A DNA stretch of 63,332 nt, filler included, from Rhabdomonas costata (GCA_019059605.1; 43 parts of 43 records of this genome joined end to end with filler, not necessarily neighbours in it); one strand, 5' to 3'. Positions 35,295-49,722 are shown, counted from the whole stretch's first letter. Notes: generated by a model from the sequence alone, not told the origin. Numbers and translations: made by a program.

Positions 35295-36964
35295 NNNNNN
35301 NNNNNNNNNNNNNNNNNNNNNNNNNNNNNNNNNNNNNNTTAATTAATTAANNNNNNNNNNNNNNNNNNNNNNNNNNNNNNNNNNNNNNNNNNNNTTGGGG
35401 TTTCTTCATCTTGGGTGACGATTGAGTAGCAATGTGAGGTGACTTTCCATTCGGTCAGGGTGCCCGTGTCTTCGCCTCTGGCCGTGAGAGTCGCTTGTGT
35501 AGGTCATTTACAGAAGAGAGAATGAGAGAGAGACAGCATAAGCGGTTTACAGATTGGCACTGTAACCGGTAAAAGAGGGGCGTCATGCGTACACACACGG
35601 CTACCCCATGCTGCTGCTTCCTTACTGTGGTTGTGTTGCGTCAGTGTTGTGGTCGGCGCGAAGTGTCCAGGCATTTAATACTAATTGTTTTGTGTCCCTT
35701 TGCCGTTGGCGAGTTCTCACTTAAACGGGAACGGCTGGACGGGAAAACAAGGCCGATCATTCGTGAGTTTCGGACCCAAGCGGTGGGTTTGAGGGGTTTT
35801 TGCATGCGCCACGAAGCCTTCGATAATGCTTGAACGGTTGACAATGAGAAAATGTAAGATCTGCCCTGCATATTTTCCAATTGGATATTGTCCTGATGAT
35901 GCTCTCGCAGAAAATTTTCTTAATGGCCAGTTCCACCACGATCCAGAAATGGCCATGGAAATCACCCACCCACTTATGCTGCAAGAGAATGAAGGGAGGG
36001 GTGGGTTGGGTTGGCAAAGAGCAGGGCACCCCAAAGTCTTGTGCCCCTGAGCTGCCGTCCCTTCCATCAGTCCGTCAACGTCCGCATCAGCATCCGCTCG
36101 GGTGAACCTAGCAGTAACTGCTACCAAACATACGTGAAGTGGATCGGCAGACACCGCCGCGGCAGAAACCCGAGAAGCCCAGGAGAAACCGCGCACCCGA
36201 TGTCAGCAGCGTCTCCAAACTTACTCTGCACGGAAACCGCTTGCGGACCTTATATACCTTATCCTGGAACCTCCGTGCCTTTCTTCCATCACAACTGCCT
36301 GCACAACAATCAGGTGTCGTCCGAATTACCACGGCAGCAATGTCCGCGGCTCTCTGCAAATTAAAGTTATTTTTTTTTACAAAACACGAAAAGCGCTTTC
36401 TGCGCGCTTTCTGCCTATTCTGTCCGTATTTTGGCCCATAATGTTTTGAAGCATTCTGAAACCTTTTGCTTCAAATCTAAATCGCGCTTCCGCTGAACAC
36501 TGCTTGCGGCAGCTTTCACCCCTGGTGGGTCATTTTCGATTTTCTGGTACTTTCTGACGCTACAATTTGTCTCGACAGTTGGGGTGCACACGCAGAAAAT
36601 GAACTTACAGTGACCGCGAAAGAAAAACGGTCCGCCTGCGCAAGTGTACCAATCTGACGATCAGGTGCATAAAATATGCCATGCTGTCTGAGCATCCCCA
36701 TGAAATTCTACCTTCGGTACAAAAGCCCCCCCCACACACACACGCACAGATAACCCCAAACACCCAACANNNNNNNNNNNNNNNNNNNNNNNNNNNNNNN
36801 NNNNNNNNNNNNNTTAATTAATTAANNNNNNNNNNNNNNNNNNNNNNNNNNNNNNNNNNNNNNNNNNNNTTGTGGGGGGGGGCTGCTAACAAACCAAGCC
36901 CCTTTGCTTTCGGAAAAGCAGAGAGTGATGTGATGTCCACTGCTTGTTGTGCCATCCTTTTTAG

Positions 36965-37850
36965 GAGCGCGAGACACTGACCTTCTCGTAATTAAGACTA
37001 TCGACCTCGTTGATTTGACACCCGAAGAGCGTCAGGCTGCTCAGCGCGAAGCTGCAGTGCTTCGACAACTCTCCCATCCGAATATCATCCAGTACTATGA
37101 CAGCTTTGAAGAGGAGAATACCCTTTTCATCGTCACTGAGCATGCTGATTCGTCAACTCTTCAGGCAATGCTCCCATCCTTGTGTGATGTACCGAGGGTG
37201 TTACCTGGTGACGATAGAGAAAGAAGTGAGCGCGCACAGGCGAGCATTACTGTTGTAAGCAAGAAGGTTCACTTCCACATGTTGCACTTGTTGCACTTGC
37301 GAGAGTATAATGTTTATTCAGAGCATTTCCACGCTCCATTCCCCTCATCTGGTGGCGTGGCGGCCTTTTCCCTTGCTTCCGAAAGTACACCCAAATCACG
37401 CTGAAAAACACAGTCTATACCCCTAATCTTGCTTCCTGACGGTCTCGAGACTCGTTTCACATTTTCCACAATTTTCGTACCTTGATTTAATTTAGTTCAC
37501 GTAAATAGTGGCAGGCGGTCTGAAAGGGCGCGCTTCCTGACCCGCAGTTTCCTGTCGCAAAACGCTTTTAGCAGTTGTTGGGAATGGTTGTGTCAAGAAT
37601 GACAAAAACGATCATTATTTTTTTTTGGCTTTTCAAGGGTTGTTCTTCACATCAGGCCTTGATTGAAGCGCACCGTCAGCGTGACGTGTCGTTGACTGAG
37701 GAGAAGGTGCTGCACTATTTCGTGCAGCTTTGTCAAGCCCTGTTTCACCTCCACTCCATGAAGATCATGCACCGCGACCTGAAGAGCGCGAATGTCTTCC
37801 TCACTCAGAACAAAAGCATTGTCAAGCTGGGCGATTTCGGCATTGCAAAG
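36965..37850 (+). CDS. NIMA-related (NEK) kinase fragment; exons 36965-37164 and 37656-37850
   Basis: VIKTIDL..ERQAAQREAAVLRQLSHPNIIQYYDSF..|..YFVQLCQALFHLHSMKIMHRDLKSANVFL..VKLGDFGIAK; GC-AG intron. Confidence 0.92.
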
Positions 37851-39389
37851 GTACTTGTACCTGCCCAGAGGGTCGCCTTTTGTGACAATGAAAACCAACG
37901 CGAGGGGCGAAACAGCAGGGGTCCTGGCGGAAGCATTTCCGAAAACGCACTGTGTGGTGGAAGGACGGGGGATCGGGAGGAGGGTTATAAACCTCATAGT
38001 ACATCAAGGAAGGAACCCAGTGCAACTGGCGCCCAACCTGCTGCCATCGGAGACTTTGCCCCAGTCAAGGAGCCCTAATTTCGGAACGATGGCGGCTTAA
38101 CAGACTTCAAAAAGAAGGTTTCCTTGCGGAAACCTCCGTTTTTATAGCAACCCGGAAGGCAAGACAGAGCACAACAGCACAGCACCACGGGATGCAATGG
38201 GCGCCTTCTGCCACAATTTCAGCGTGGCTGGGCCACCACCCCCCNNNNNNNNNNNNNNNNNNNNNNNNNNNNNNNNNNNNNNNNNNNNTTAATTAATTAA
38301 NNNNNNNNNNNNNNNNNNNNNNNNNNNNNNNNNNNNNNNNNNNNCCACCAGATCCGAGACCCCAAGTCACCAAGCATCAAACAGAGATTGCCCAAACGGC
38401 GCCCAGTCGTGAGGGCAGGGCGCAGCAGAACCCAGAGCGAGACAGACGCCATGCACCACCCCCGATGAATGACAGCCGACGCCTGAAGTGCGCGGGGGAG
38501 AGGAATGGCAAGCAAAGAGGAGAGAGCCCCACAAGTCAGAGGAGATCAGCGGCAGAGAGAAGCAATGGGAATGGCTCAGGCAGTGAGCTGGAAAAGGGAA
38601 AAACAGACCAGGCAAACCGTTAGAAGACCGAGACGAAGCCAAAGAGCAAGCAGCTCTGTGCCAAAAGCTAAAAGCTCCACCACATCACCACATCAAGTAA
38701 AGTGGTAATGTCCGCAAACCTAGGAGCTTCGCAAGGGACTCAGCGCCAGCATCTGTGATTCCATTGTTTTCCAAGTGAAGTGCTTGTAGCGCACCGGCCT
38801 GGGAGGAGTGACTGTGGCGAAGCAAGTTTTCCAGCGAGGCCATCACCTTTCCCAAACCACAACTGTGAAAGACGACATGAAAAATTAAGTAAAAGCGAAA
38901 GAAGGGGGAACATCACTAGAGCGCAGCGAACGAAGCGAAACGAAAAGAGACATACCCAGAGAGGTTGAGGTTGCAGATAGATGACAGCATCAAGTCCACA
39001 ACTAACGGGACAGACTCGGGTGAAGCCATGAGAGTGTTGGACACATCCTATGCACGTTGGATGAAAGCGATAAAAAACGGGATAAAATGAATAAATAGCG
39101 GCAGAAAGTGTGCCCTGTGCCTGTGCCTATGCCACACGGCTTCCCTTGCGTTTAAGAATTGAAGAAGAAAAAGCAACAGGCAGTTAGAAGCAAGCAAAGA
39201 GTACACTGATACACATCGCACATCCAATTACCGACGGAAGCTGTCGCCCAATGATATTGGTGTACACCGAAATGCGAACTGAATCGTTTTGAAAATCTTG
39301 ATTACCAAAAACGGAATCAGCATGCGAAAACTTGCAAAAATGCGGACCAACAGAACCAAACGAAAGCAAGAAAAAGCAAAACAAGACCT

Positions 39390-39719
39390 TGGCACACCAA
39401 GGATGCTATTTTCCCGTGCGTCCGCATGTGCTGAATCAGCACCGACAAAGAATGCACACTGATTCTATTGTTAGCCAGTGCCAGCGACCGCAGCGAAGGG
39501 AGCAGCTGAAGGGCTTTGGAAAGTTCCGTAATGTCCTTGTCAAAAAGGTGGTTGTCGGAGAGGTCCAAAAGAATGAGGTGACCCATTCGATTGCAGGCAC
39601 CAATGAGATTGGGAATAGTCAGGGGCTCTCGGATGAAGGGGAATCCTCCAATCAATTGGAGCTCTCGCAGCGCAATGAGCGCCTCCAAAGCGGGAATGAG
39701 CTCTGCCAGCCCCCAACCC
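39390..39719 (-). CDS. RI-like leucine-rich repeat protein exon
   Basis: LILLDLSDNHLFDKDITELSKAL..LRSLALANNRIS repeats. Confidence 0.8.
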
Positions 39720-39865
39720 NNNNNNNNNNNNNNNNNNNNNNNNNNNNNNNNNNNNNNNNNNNNTTAATTAATTAANNNNNNNNNNNNNNNNNNNNNNNNN
39801 NNNNNNNNNNNNNNNNNNNTGTTGGTGAGATCCCGAGCTCCCGGGATCTCACCAGCAACCCCAAT

Positions 39866-41194
39866 ATGTTTTTGGCGACTGTGAGAAATGGTGACACCTC
39901 GGACAACTACTCCGCTATTGTGGAAGCGGTGCAGACCAACTTTGCGGACTTCTCAATGTACTCTACCGTCTCATCTCCTGGAATCCTTCTCAGTCTGACT
40001 TCGGAAGCTACGGCTGAGGCATCACCGAGTGCATACGGGTTGCTTTACTTTCGAAACCGGACAGGGAAGATCACGACGTTTGATGGAGATTTGTGCCTTG
40101 GGTACGATAGATACGACTCATTGGGGCTGCAGGCTTCGAGCTGCGCGGTTTTTGTCCTCAATGGCACCCTAAGGACACTGTCTGGTGAGTACGCCTCTTA
40201 CAGCGATGGGTATTGCTTGTTCTCTGCAGCTCTCCCGAGTATCGCAGGGATGGTCCTGAGCGGGGGTTGTTCGACCTGTCAGGACTGTGCCGAGTGGATA
40301 AATGGCACTGATGGTGCTGTGAAGTCAACCTCGGGGTTGGTTTTGGTCTATAGGAAGCTGCGCACCCCGCTCACCGCGAAATATTCGAGCTGCGACTACA
40401 GTGGAGGGTTTGATGGCAATATTCGGGGTAAAAGTACTTGCGAAACCTACCTTGCTAGTTCACCTGTTAAAGCGACGTTTGCTTGGTCGCCGACGGCGCG
40501 GGAATATGTTCAGTTCGTGTTCTCGTTCTCGGGATGGGCGGACCTCAAGACCTGCGATGGTAACAACAGCTTTGACGTGACCATCCATTTGTCCCCGGGT
40601 TGGTCCTTCTTGCTTCCACCCAGCCCTACTCAAACTCTCCTCCTCCTCGCCGACAAGCGCTGCTGCAGCACGTTTCCCTTCTTGGATTCGTCCTATTCGT
40701 GGCTGTCGTTTGATGTCGTAGTTTTTGACCGGTATCAGATGGACGTACTTGACTGGGACTATTACAGCGCTGTGTACTCCCCCTCGCTGGTTTCACAGCT
40801 GAGCAGCCGAGCACCGGGTTCATTCAGCATCTTGTGCTTTTCGGACGACTCCATGGCCTTCCCAGAGGTCAACTGCAGCATCCCCGTTGGTTTCGGCACC
40901 TCTGTTGTCCGCTTAACGGTGAAGACATTGGCCCCTGTCCGGGTTATGGTGGATGGCGTGGAGATTGCTCGTTGCCGAGGAGGTTACCCTATGCTTTTCG
41001 GAAAATCTCCCAAAAACAGTGCATCGGAGTGCGTCCTAACGACCACCAGGATAACTTATGGAATTGTGATCGCACTAGCTCCCACAGACGACCCGTGGAT
41101 GTCGACAATGCCATACTTGGCGTTTGTAGACTTTGTGGTCAATTCCAACCTGTCTGGCTGTGCGGACGGACGAGGACTCTGGTGCCAAAAACAA
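39866..41194 (+). CDS. Long intronless Cys/Ser-rich ORF, probably an extracellular or surface protein (partial)
   Basis: More than 440 open codons, many Cys and several NxS/T sequons; no family recognised. Confidence 0.7.
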
Positions 41195-41818
41195 NNNNNN
41201 NNNNNNNNNNNNNNNNNNNNNNNNNNNNNNNNNNNNNNTTAATTAATTAANNNNNNNNNNNNNNNNNNNNNNNNNNNNNNNNNNNNNNNNNNNNGGTTTT
41301 GGTTGGGTGTGTAAGTGTGTGTGGGAAGGATGCACATTCATTCATAACCTTTTCTTGGGAAATTTAGATGACCTCCAAAACCGCTGCATCGCCACTACAG
41401 TGCCATTTTCTGACGGGGAGGGGGGGTCCTAAATGCACTTGCGCTGAAGGGCATCCTTAAAAACTCATCGGTTCGTTTGTCGAATTCTGAGGTCAGCGTG
41501 ACGTAAAACGGTGGTGGGCACAACGGGATCGCGCACCTCAGCAACGTGGGAATCGAGACTGGGGTGGACTGCTGGATGGACTGAGGGAAGCGGGAGACCC
41601 ACACCACGGGGGAGGCGTCCAGAAAGACCAGGGGCGAAAACACCTTGGAGGGTGCGTTGGAGAAGACCATCTGAAACCGGGACGACGAGTCCTGCAAACA
41701 AATCACATCGGACAAGTACGGATAAACTTTGAGGAAGGTGCACGATTCATTTACAAAACTTACTTTGAAGGTCAAAATGGATCAAAATTCTATCCACAAG
41801 GCGCTTCGTTTCATTTCA

Positions 41819-41860
41819 TAACCCTAAACCTAACCCTAACCCTAACCCAAACCCTAACCC
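41819..41860. repeat. Interstitial telomere-like (CCCTAA)n repeat, degenerate, about 7 units
   Basis: taaccctaaacctaaccctaaccctaacccaaaccctaaccc. Confidence 0.85.
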
Positions 41861-43609
41861 GCCAGTCTAAATGTCAAATGTAAAACGCGGTTCCAGGCTC
41901 CAGGTTCTCAGATTCCTGCCCAAAACGGGCCAGGTGGGAAGCGAATAGGGTGAAGATTTGATCCGAAGTAAGGGGTCCTGCCCCCCCCCTCCCATTCGTC
42001 ATTCAAAAAGTAAAAGAATTATTATGCGGCAGAGCAGATGGGGGGTTTTCTCAAAGATATACCTTCAGCCCCAGATAGTCAATGTACGTCGCCCCCAGCA
42101 GCAACGAGTGAGAGCCCTCAGGTGAGTACAGCCGCCTGGACAAGCCAGTCCTGGTAATGCAACAGTCACACAAAGAAGTGCTGGTCACGCTGGGGAAGGA
42201 GGGGATAGTACCTCTGGAAACGAAAAGCGAAAAACGGCACGCTAGGTATAAAAAAGGCAGTGTCAGGCATGAACAATGAAAAGGGGACGGCAGGGTATTG
42301 CACCGCAACCGTCACACCCACACAAGAAGATGATAGGAAGAAAAGGGGAGGCACGGTTGCTTCTCTCAGGTCCGGGGCGGAAAGTTCCAAGTTTACGCCT
42401 TGCTCTTTGGCATCGACAGATACAAAACAAAGCGGAATTAATAAACCCGACTGGCAACACTTAACTAATATTCGAATCGGTTCCCCCTGGAGTTCCAAGC
42501 AGAGCACGCATCCCGAGCCTACTTTCAGGTACCCCCCTTGATCAGCAGGCCCTCCAGTCACTCACACAGATAATGCACCCTGCTGGTGAAATCACCCTGC
42601 GTGACAGCCGACGAGGGATCCACCTTCTCAAGAGGGGACTATCTAACTTCTTGTCATGCACCCCCCAACNNNNNNNNNNNNNNNNNNNNNNNNNNNNNNN
42701 NNNNNNNNNNNNNTTAATTAATTAANNNNNNNNNNNNNNNNNNNNNNNNNNNNNNNNNNNNNNNNNNNNTTTTTTGTTGCTCTTATTCTTCCTTCGGAAC
42801 GCTTCACCAACGCAGTGGTTGGATGGAGGGCCTCTAGGTCGAGCAAGCGTTTTTTGCGCGAAAGTGGGCCGCTTTACGTGGTAAACAAGTGCCCTGTTCG
42901 TGGTTCCCAGTAAGATTTTGTTATTGAATCAGGATCAACCGGCGCTTCGAGTGATGAAGTCACCTTTGCTGGAGGTCGCTCCCCGACCCTCCTGGGGAAA
43001 ACCTAACTCAACCCAACCAGCCCTCTACGTATCTACCCCTAGAGGATAGCGTCGGTGGCGATCGGTACTGTTGTTGGAGCCTTAATACCTGTATATGTTC
43101 GTATGCGTTTGCCGGGATCAGGACCAACGAGACAACAGAAGCAGTGTCCTTTGCAAGCGAGTGACATAGGAAGCAAAGAATGACAGAATGCATCTACAGT
43201 GGGAAGCAATCGGGAGCAGAAAGGGATCGGCGCAGTGTTTGTCTGTAACAAAGTTCTGCACACAAGGGCGCAAGAGGGATCCGCAAGGAATCGCAAGGGA
43301 TCCGCAAGAGGGCGGGATCGGAGTGGGTGGGGCAAACAAATTGAAACAAACTGAGATACGCTAGTGGGGAATAGCCAAAAGTGGTCCCAGCAGTAGGCAA
43401 GAAAAACAGACAGAGAAGTAGCAGTTCACCCTACGACCACTCTTCCACTCAAGAGACCGACGGGATCTCCAAATATTCCAGCTCCAAGACGCGCAATACC
43501 ATACCTTCATCCCTGTCGATTGTCAAAAATAGCGCAGCCAACATTTGTCACGTCAAATGAAGCCTGCAGTTGGCTTGTGCGGTGGGTTCCCGTTGTGCGT
43601 TTGCCTCAG

Positions 43610-44144
<535 letters not shown>

Positions 44145-44389
44145 NNNNNNNNNNNNNNNNNNNNNNNNNNNNNNNNNNNNNNNNNNNNTTAATTAATTAA
44201 NNNNNNNNNNNNNNNNNNNNNNNNNNNNNNNNNNNNNNNNNNNNTGTTTGTGGGTTGTGTTGGGTGCGTCGAAAGTGGAAGAAACAGCAGGGTGTGGACG
44301 CGTTTGGGAAGGGGCAGCTAGAATACCAAAGCCCAACAACTCCCCTACCTCAGGAGAAAGGTGATGGGGGGGATGGGGGCCAGACACAC

Positions 44390-44630
44390 CATTGCACACG
44401 GCGTGCGCCGGGCAGCTGATGCATTCAGTGGTGAGCGTGATGGCGTATTTCTGGGCCGCAGGGAGGCAGGGCTGGATTGTAATGGGCTCGGAGACAACGT
44501 ACAGCCCCGGAAAGTTTCCCAAGCTGAAGTTGATCCGGTAGACCTGGTCGTTGTTGCCAATCAAGAACATCCCTGAGAACGAGCCCCGAACATTAACAAA
44601 AAACGAAAGCGCCCCACCAACCAAAGATTG
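44390..44630 (-). CDS. Exon of a Cys-rich surface or membrane protein
   Basis: ITIQPCLPAAQKY..TECISCPAHAVCNG is a pattern typical of protist surface proteins; boundaries approximate. Confidence 0.5.
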
Positions 44631-45935
44631 CAATTATGATACGCTTCAAAACATCCAATCAGCAAGCATGGCATACAACAATAACTACGCACCGAAGCAC
44701 AGTGGGGAGCAGATGTCTCATTTGAGTAATTGTTTTTTCACTTTTTCGATCTCTATTTCTTCGCTAATAAGTTCGAAAGGTCGGCTTTTGGGCCTACTCA
44801 GCTCTCAGTTATGAAGTGAAGTGGAATTTATGTTTCACGGCCTCCAGCCCAGCACCATACAATTATGAGGTGTATCTGAAGTATAGGACAGGGACCCGAG
44901 TGCTGCTTAATGTGCCCCAATAGACCCCTGAGGGAGTTCCAACCTGTCGGCTTCTTCGACTACACATTTGTACCCGCCATCACTGTCTGTGGAATACGTT
45001 GCCTTGTGGGCCCCGATCGTCGAACTCAGTGCTGAGGGCTGTTACAGAGGTTCAACTAGCAACAGCTGACAACTAGCACTCGCAAGAGATTCACTACCCT
45101 TGTGCAGTTGGGAATGCTCTAACGCGGGGCCTTCGTTCGTTCGTTCGTTCGTTCGTTCGACCTCTATCAAAACACTCTTTCAAATCGAAATCGATGGGAA
45201 CTTCACCGACCGTGAAAAACAAAGGGTGGGGGGCATACCACTGAACGCAAACAGCCCTCCTGAGGGGCTACGCGAGTTCCATTCACAAGTCGTGGAGGAG
45301 ATGTCGACACAGCTGGCCCTCAGAGGCATCGAGTAGTATTGGTAGAAGTCCTTAAGGATGCGGAGAGGGCGAGAGAGGCGGGGTTCGACACCAACCTACA
45401 CTATTCGCCGGATTGAAGTCTTCAAACGTCAAGGAAGCGTAAACTGTGTCCCTCCAGTCAACCTCCTTCCAGCGAACTCTTTTTTAGCGGAATTCAGCTG
45501 GGTCCTCTTCTGCAAAAAAAAAATTCAGCAATTGGCGGTTGCCGCTGGCAACGACCTACCAACTTTCAATGGGGCAAACAATGTGTGCGCCACAGGTGCG
45601 TGGGGTAAGGCGCAAAACCNNNNNNNNNNNNNNNNNNNNNNNNNNNNNNNNNNNNNNNNNNNNTTAATTAATTAANNNNNNNNNNNNNNNNNNNNNNNNN
45701 NNNNNNNNNNNNNNNNNNNGGTGTTTGTTCTTTCAGTTTTTGAACCGACGTTGGTACTTCTGGCACCCGTTTTGTGCGGGCATGCCCTTGATGGCACTCA
45801 CGCTTCCGATGTCGCAGCGTATGAGTCAAGATTGAGTGTCATGAATATGAATGAATGTGAGTTTCACCGCGGGCAGTCCGACAATGGGCAGAGGTACTTA
45901 TTGGCAAATCCGCAACTGTGGTGGGGACCTCACAG

Positions 45936-47075
45936 AAGAAGCCCGCCGCGGTGACCCCTGAGCAGGAGCTGGCGCTCTTTGAGCGTAGCAAGCGGCTGGG
46001 GATCCCGCACCGCCCCCCGTGGCACCGTGGGATGTCCGGTGCCGAGGTGGCAGCGAAGGAGAGGGACGCCTTCCTGGAGTGGCGGCGGGGGCTAGCCAAG
46101 CTGGAGGAGGACGAGGAGGTCTCCCGCCCATTCGCCCATTCGTTCTCACCTTCAGTACTTTCGATTGATCCCTGTCTTATTGCGGGTTGTATGGTTTTGT
46201 AGGTTCCGGTTCTCATCTTTGTGACCCCAGAGATTGCGCTTGGCGGTCTGGGTCACAACATCTGCACTCGTATGCCTCCCGTTGTATAGGGTAAGAACTG
46301 AAGAACAATGCAGTGAGGGTTCCTTCATCGATTTACCCTCCCATCGGTGGGGGCACCAAGATTCCAATGTGCTGTGTTTGCTTGTGATGTTTGGTGAGAC
46401 AAGAGGCAGAGGTTTTGGCGCGCCGCAGGTGTTGATGACTCCGTTTGAGAAGAACTTGGAAGTGTGGCGGCAGCTTTGGCGGGTGGTGGAGCGGAGCGAC
46501 GTGGTGTTTGTAATCCTGGACGCCAGGCACCCGTTCATGTTTCGGAACTATGACCTGGAGCAGTACGTGCAGAGCCAGCCCTGCCTGACGGGGGACCCCA
46601 AACGGGTCGTACTGCTGCTCAATAAGGCATGAGTTGCGCCAGAGTGGTTCCATTTCTTGCAGCTGCAGGCAGTGGCCTTGAGTACATGTGGTCTCTCAAT
46701 TGCGGAAAGGGGAGGTCCATTCCTCAAGGTTTCCCCATCATCATCAAGACAAGGAATGTTCAAGGAGAAAAAGCAACTGCACACGCATGCGGGAATGTGC
46801 AAATTTTAGAAAATGGAACGGACGCGCACCCAGGATGCCAAATGAAGATATGTGGGCTTGTAAATGCAGGCTTGAGCGGTGCTCAGTGTCATGAAAGGGC
46901 TGTGCTCGTTGATGTGGTGTGGCCGCATCCGCGGATGCATAGGTCAAAATGACTTCGTTTTTCTCAGGCAGATTTGCTGACCGTTCAGCAGCGGACGGAG
47001 TGGGCGAAGTACTTCAAGTCGCAAGGGCTGCTGTTCGTTTGGTTCAGCGCCGAGGCTGCGTTGCAGAAAATCAAG
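45936..47075 (+). CDS. LSG1: Large-subunit GTPase LSG1; exons 45936-46118, 46429-46626, 46968-47075
   Basis: IPHRPPW..ERDAFLEWRRGLAKLEE..|VLMTPFEKNLEVWRQLWRVVERSDVV..ILDARHP..LLLNK|ADLLTVQQRTEWAKYF..VWFSA; one GC-AG intron. Confidence 0.95.
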
Positions 47076-47265
47076 GTCCGGCTCTCTCTCTCTCNNNNNN
47101 NNNNNNNNNNNNNNNNNNNNNNNNNNNNNNNNNNNNNNTTAATTAATTAANNNNNNNNNNNNNNNNNNNNNNNNNNNNNNNNNNNNNNNNNNNNTTGTGG
47201 GTAGCTGGCGCCACAGTGATGCTACGGGGTGCCGGCTCACCGCCACTGTAACGTGGTTGGGTCTT

Positions 47266-47268
<3 letters not shown>

Positions 47269-47320
<52 letters not shown>
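47269..47320. repeat. (GT)26 microsatellite
   Basis: Read directly from the sequence. Confidence 0.97.
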
Positions 47321-47323
<3 letters not shown>

Positions 47324-47329
47324 ACATTC

Positions 47330-48591
47330 CAGCGTACTCTTTCCGCAGCCTGTATGTCCAGTGACAATGGTGACGTGGCCTCCCCGGACCGCGTCGAGTA
47401 ATTCTTTTCGGATATCCCCAGCAGGAAGCTCCGCCTTCACATCCGAATTTAGCGCGTCCTGAGGGAGAAACCCAATTAAAAAGGGATACAGGTTAAAACG
47501 CCAGCAAACTTCACGTTTTTTTTCCATCCGAATCGATGCAGTATGAGACAAAATCTTCAAAGTTGGAGGTGATTTCTGCGAAAGAATGAGACTAGATCCA
47601 AAAAGTAAAAAGTCTGAGACACTCGAAAGACGCAGATTTGGCCTTCGCCTTTCACCGAAGGCAAATATTTGATACAAGCAAGACAGCCCAGACCGTAACA
47701 TCAGCATAGGTCCACAGCCCTGCTGGTTGAAGTTTTCAAAAACCACACCAAGCGGAACAAAGAGGAACGACCTTTCCCATGCGTCAGGAGTCAATTCGTT
47801 ACGGTGTCAGCCTAGGAAGTCCTTTTAAGCAACGGTATCAGGTAGTGCTGCCCTCAAATTAGAGGAAGAAGTTTCGGCATTCCCCTCGAGAAGGTCCCAG
47901 ACCAACTTCCTCTGCGATTCTGAAAGCTGAAAGCTTCCTGGTATTTTAAATATATAACAAACCTCGACACCACCTCGACAGCCTTACCAGCCTTCTCAGC
48001 CACCCAATGGCAGGCACTTTAGCTGCAGTGGAAATGCAAATGACAAGTGTTCTCCTGGATCACCATCAAACCATCCCTCCGTGACAAACAGAATTCTCTG
48101 GTTTCGACTGAGTATCACACTGGATGAAATCTCATACTTTTTAGACGTGAAGTCTGATACTTTATTTACATTGCCACGAGCAAGTGTACCTGTGAAGATG
48201 GATATGAGGCAGACGATCTGAATTGAGAACCACCTTGCCGCGCTGGCGCCTCAGTGGCAGCAGAATACCGGCGAGATGCCAAAACAACATTGGCCTCCCA
48301 AATGTCCTCTTCAGTCAGGGGAACGACGGCAACCCTGTCCCGCCACTCCGCAGCTCCATCACGGCTGCCTCCATCACGGCAACTGTCAAGCCATGCCGCA
48401 TGAATCTCTGCAAAAACTGCGAGCCAAACTTGGCTGCGATGGTTCTCTGCCACAAGTTGTGGGAGATACGTCTGCAGGGCATCATCGTTCGAGAGCAGCA
48501 CAAGACTACTTTGTTGGAGAACATTCTCCAGCAACACCCTCAGGGAGGTGGACACACCTTTGACTTCACCGGAAGAGTTGGTGCTCACTTC
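47330..48591 (-). CDS. DEAH-box RNA helicase (DHX36/DHX57-like) fragment; exons about 48190-48591 and 47330-47458
   Basis: ELPAGDIRKELLDAVRGGHVTIVTGHTGCGKST (LP motif plus Walker A). Joining of the upstream exon is tentative. Confidence 0.8.
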
Positions 48592-48691
48592 NNNNNNNNN
48601 NNNNNNNNNNNNNNNNNNNNNNNNNNNNNNNNNNNTTAATTAATTAANNNNNNNNNNNNNNNNNNNNNNNNNNNNNNNNNNNNNNNNNNNN

Positions 48692-49722
48692 GCCCCGCCC
48701 GCGGCGGCGCCGGTGCCCCGGGTGGTGCCAACCAGGAGGACGTTGGAGAACCGCACCACGGTGAAGTGTACCCCCTCCAGGCTGAAGAACGGTGGGGGGT
48801 CCCCACACCGCGAGATCGTCCGGCTGCCACAGTACTGAGAAAAAGAGAACTCAGGAAGAGTGCAAACAGATTAACTCATCGCATCAGCAAGCTCGAAAAA
48901 GGTCTATTTTCTTTTGAAGGACCAAAGGTTTCTATCTGAGACGGCAATCAGCTAGGAACCGAATTCACAAAAAAATCGGAACAAAAATGTGTCAGCGTGT
49001 CAAAAGAAAAGGTCGGCTGACAAAGAGGCCTGGGAAACATCAGTCATTTGGGAAATTGGCGGAGTTTAACAAACCCCCTTTCCGAAAGATCTAACACTAG
49101 GGGTTGGGTTCGATTCACTTATCCCCTGGTATCGGCTAAGGTTTACCAAACCCCATGCTCGGTGTTAAACGGCGTGATTGCTCAACGCCCCCACAGCGCA
49201 ATTGTCCCCAAATGGAGCAAATGAAGGGCAACCACAGACATGGAGTCAGGATTGAGAGAGCGGTTTTTTTTTCCGGGAGTTGGTTTTCCTCGTAACATCT
49301 ATAAACAACGTTGGGTTAGTTCTGGTGGAAAAGTGGGTGAGCCGGGTGCCGGCAGTGGTTCGCTTCCTAGGAAGCGGGAACCACTGCCGGCGCCACACAT
49401 GAAGGGCAACTCCCCCGATAACAATAACTTGGAGCAGGGCTTCGATTTGCCATCAAGAAACCGGTCTAGTTCTATACCACCTTCACCGTGAATCGTGGCA
49501 AACCCACCCCGAAAGAGAAAAAGGAAGATCGTTCTCCCACGACCTTACCGCTTGCACACGAGGGAGGGGGACGCATATGGCACAGACCTTGCCCTCCCAG
49601 AAGCTGTACTTCCGGAAGAACAGCTCGTCGGAGTTCTTCGCAATGTCCCCGCGGTAGTCCTTCGCAATCAGGCGGTCCCCCCGTAGGTTCAAAATGAACA
49701 GCTGGCTAAGGCACAGGGCCAT
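48692..49722 (-). CDS. AP4M1: AP-4 adaptor mu subunit N-terminus; exons 49588-49722 and 48692-48834
   Basis: LSQLFILNLRGDRLIAKDYRGD...ELFFRKYSFWEGK|..GDPPPFFSLEGVHF..LLVGTT is a mu4-type longin domain. Confidence 0.85.

Noticed and set aside
35826-36050. Kinase-like words (IMLERL, LAENFL)
   Set aside because: There is no HRD or DFG and no consistent exon structure.
38919-38946. GAGCGCAGCGAACGAAGCG as another family member
   Set aside because: It is an isolated motif with none of the other blocks, in a nuclear-type contig.
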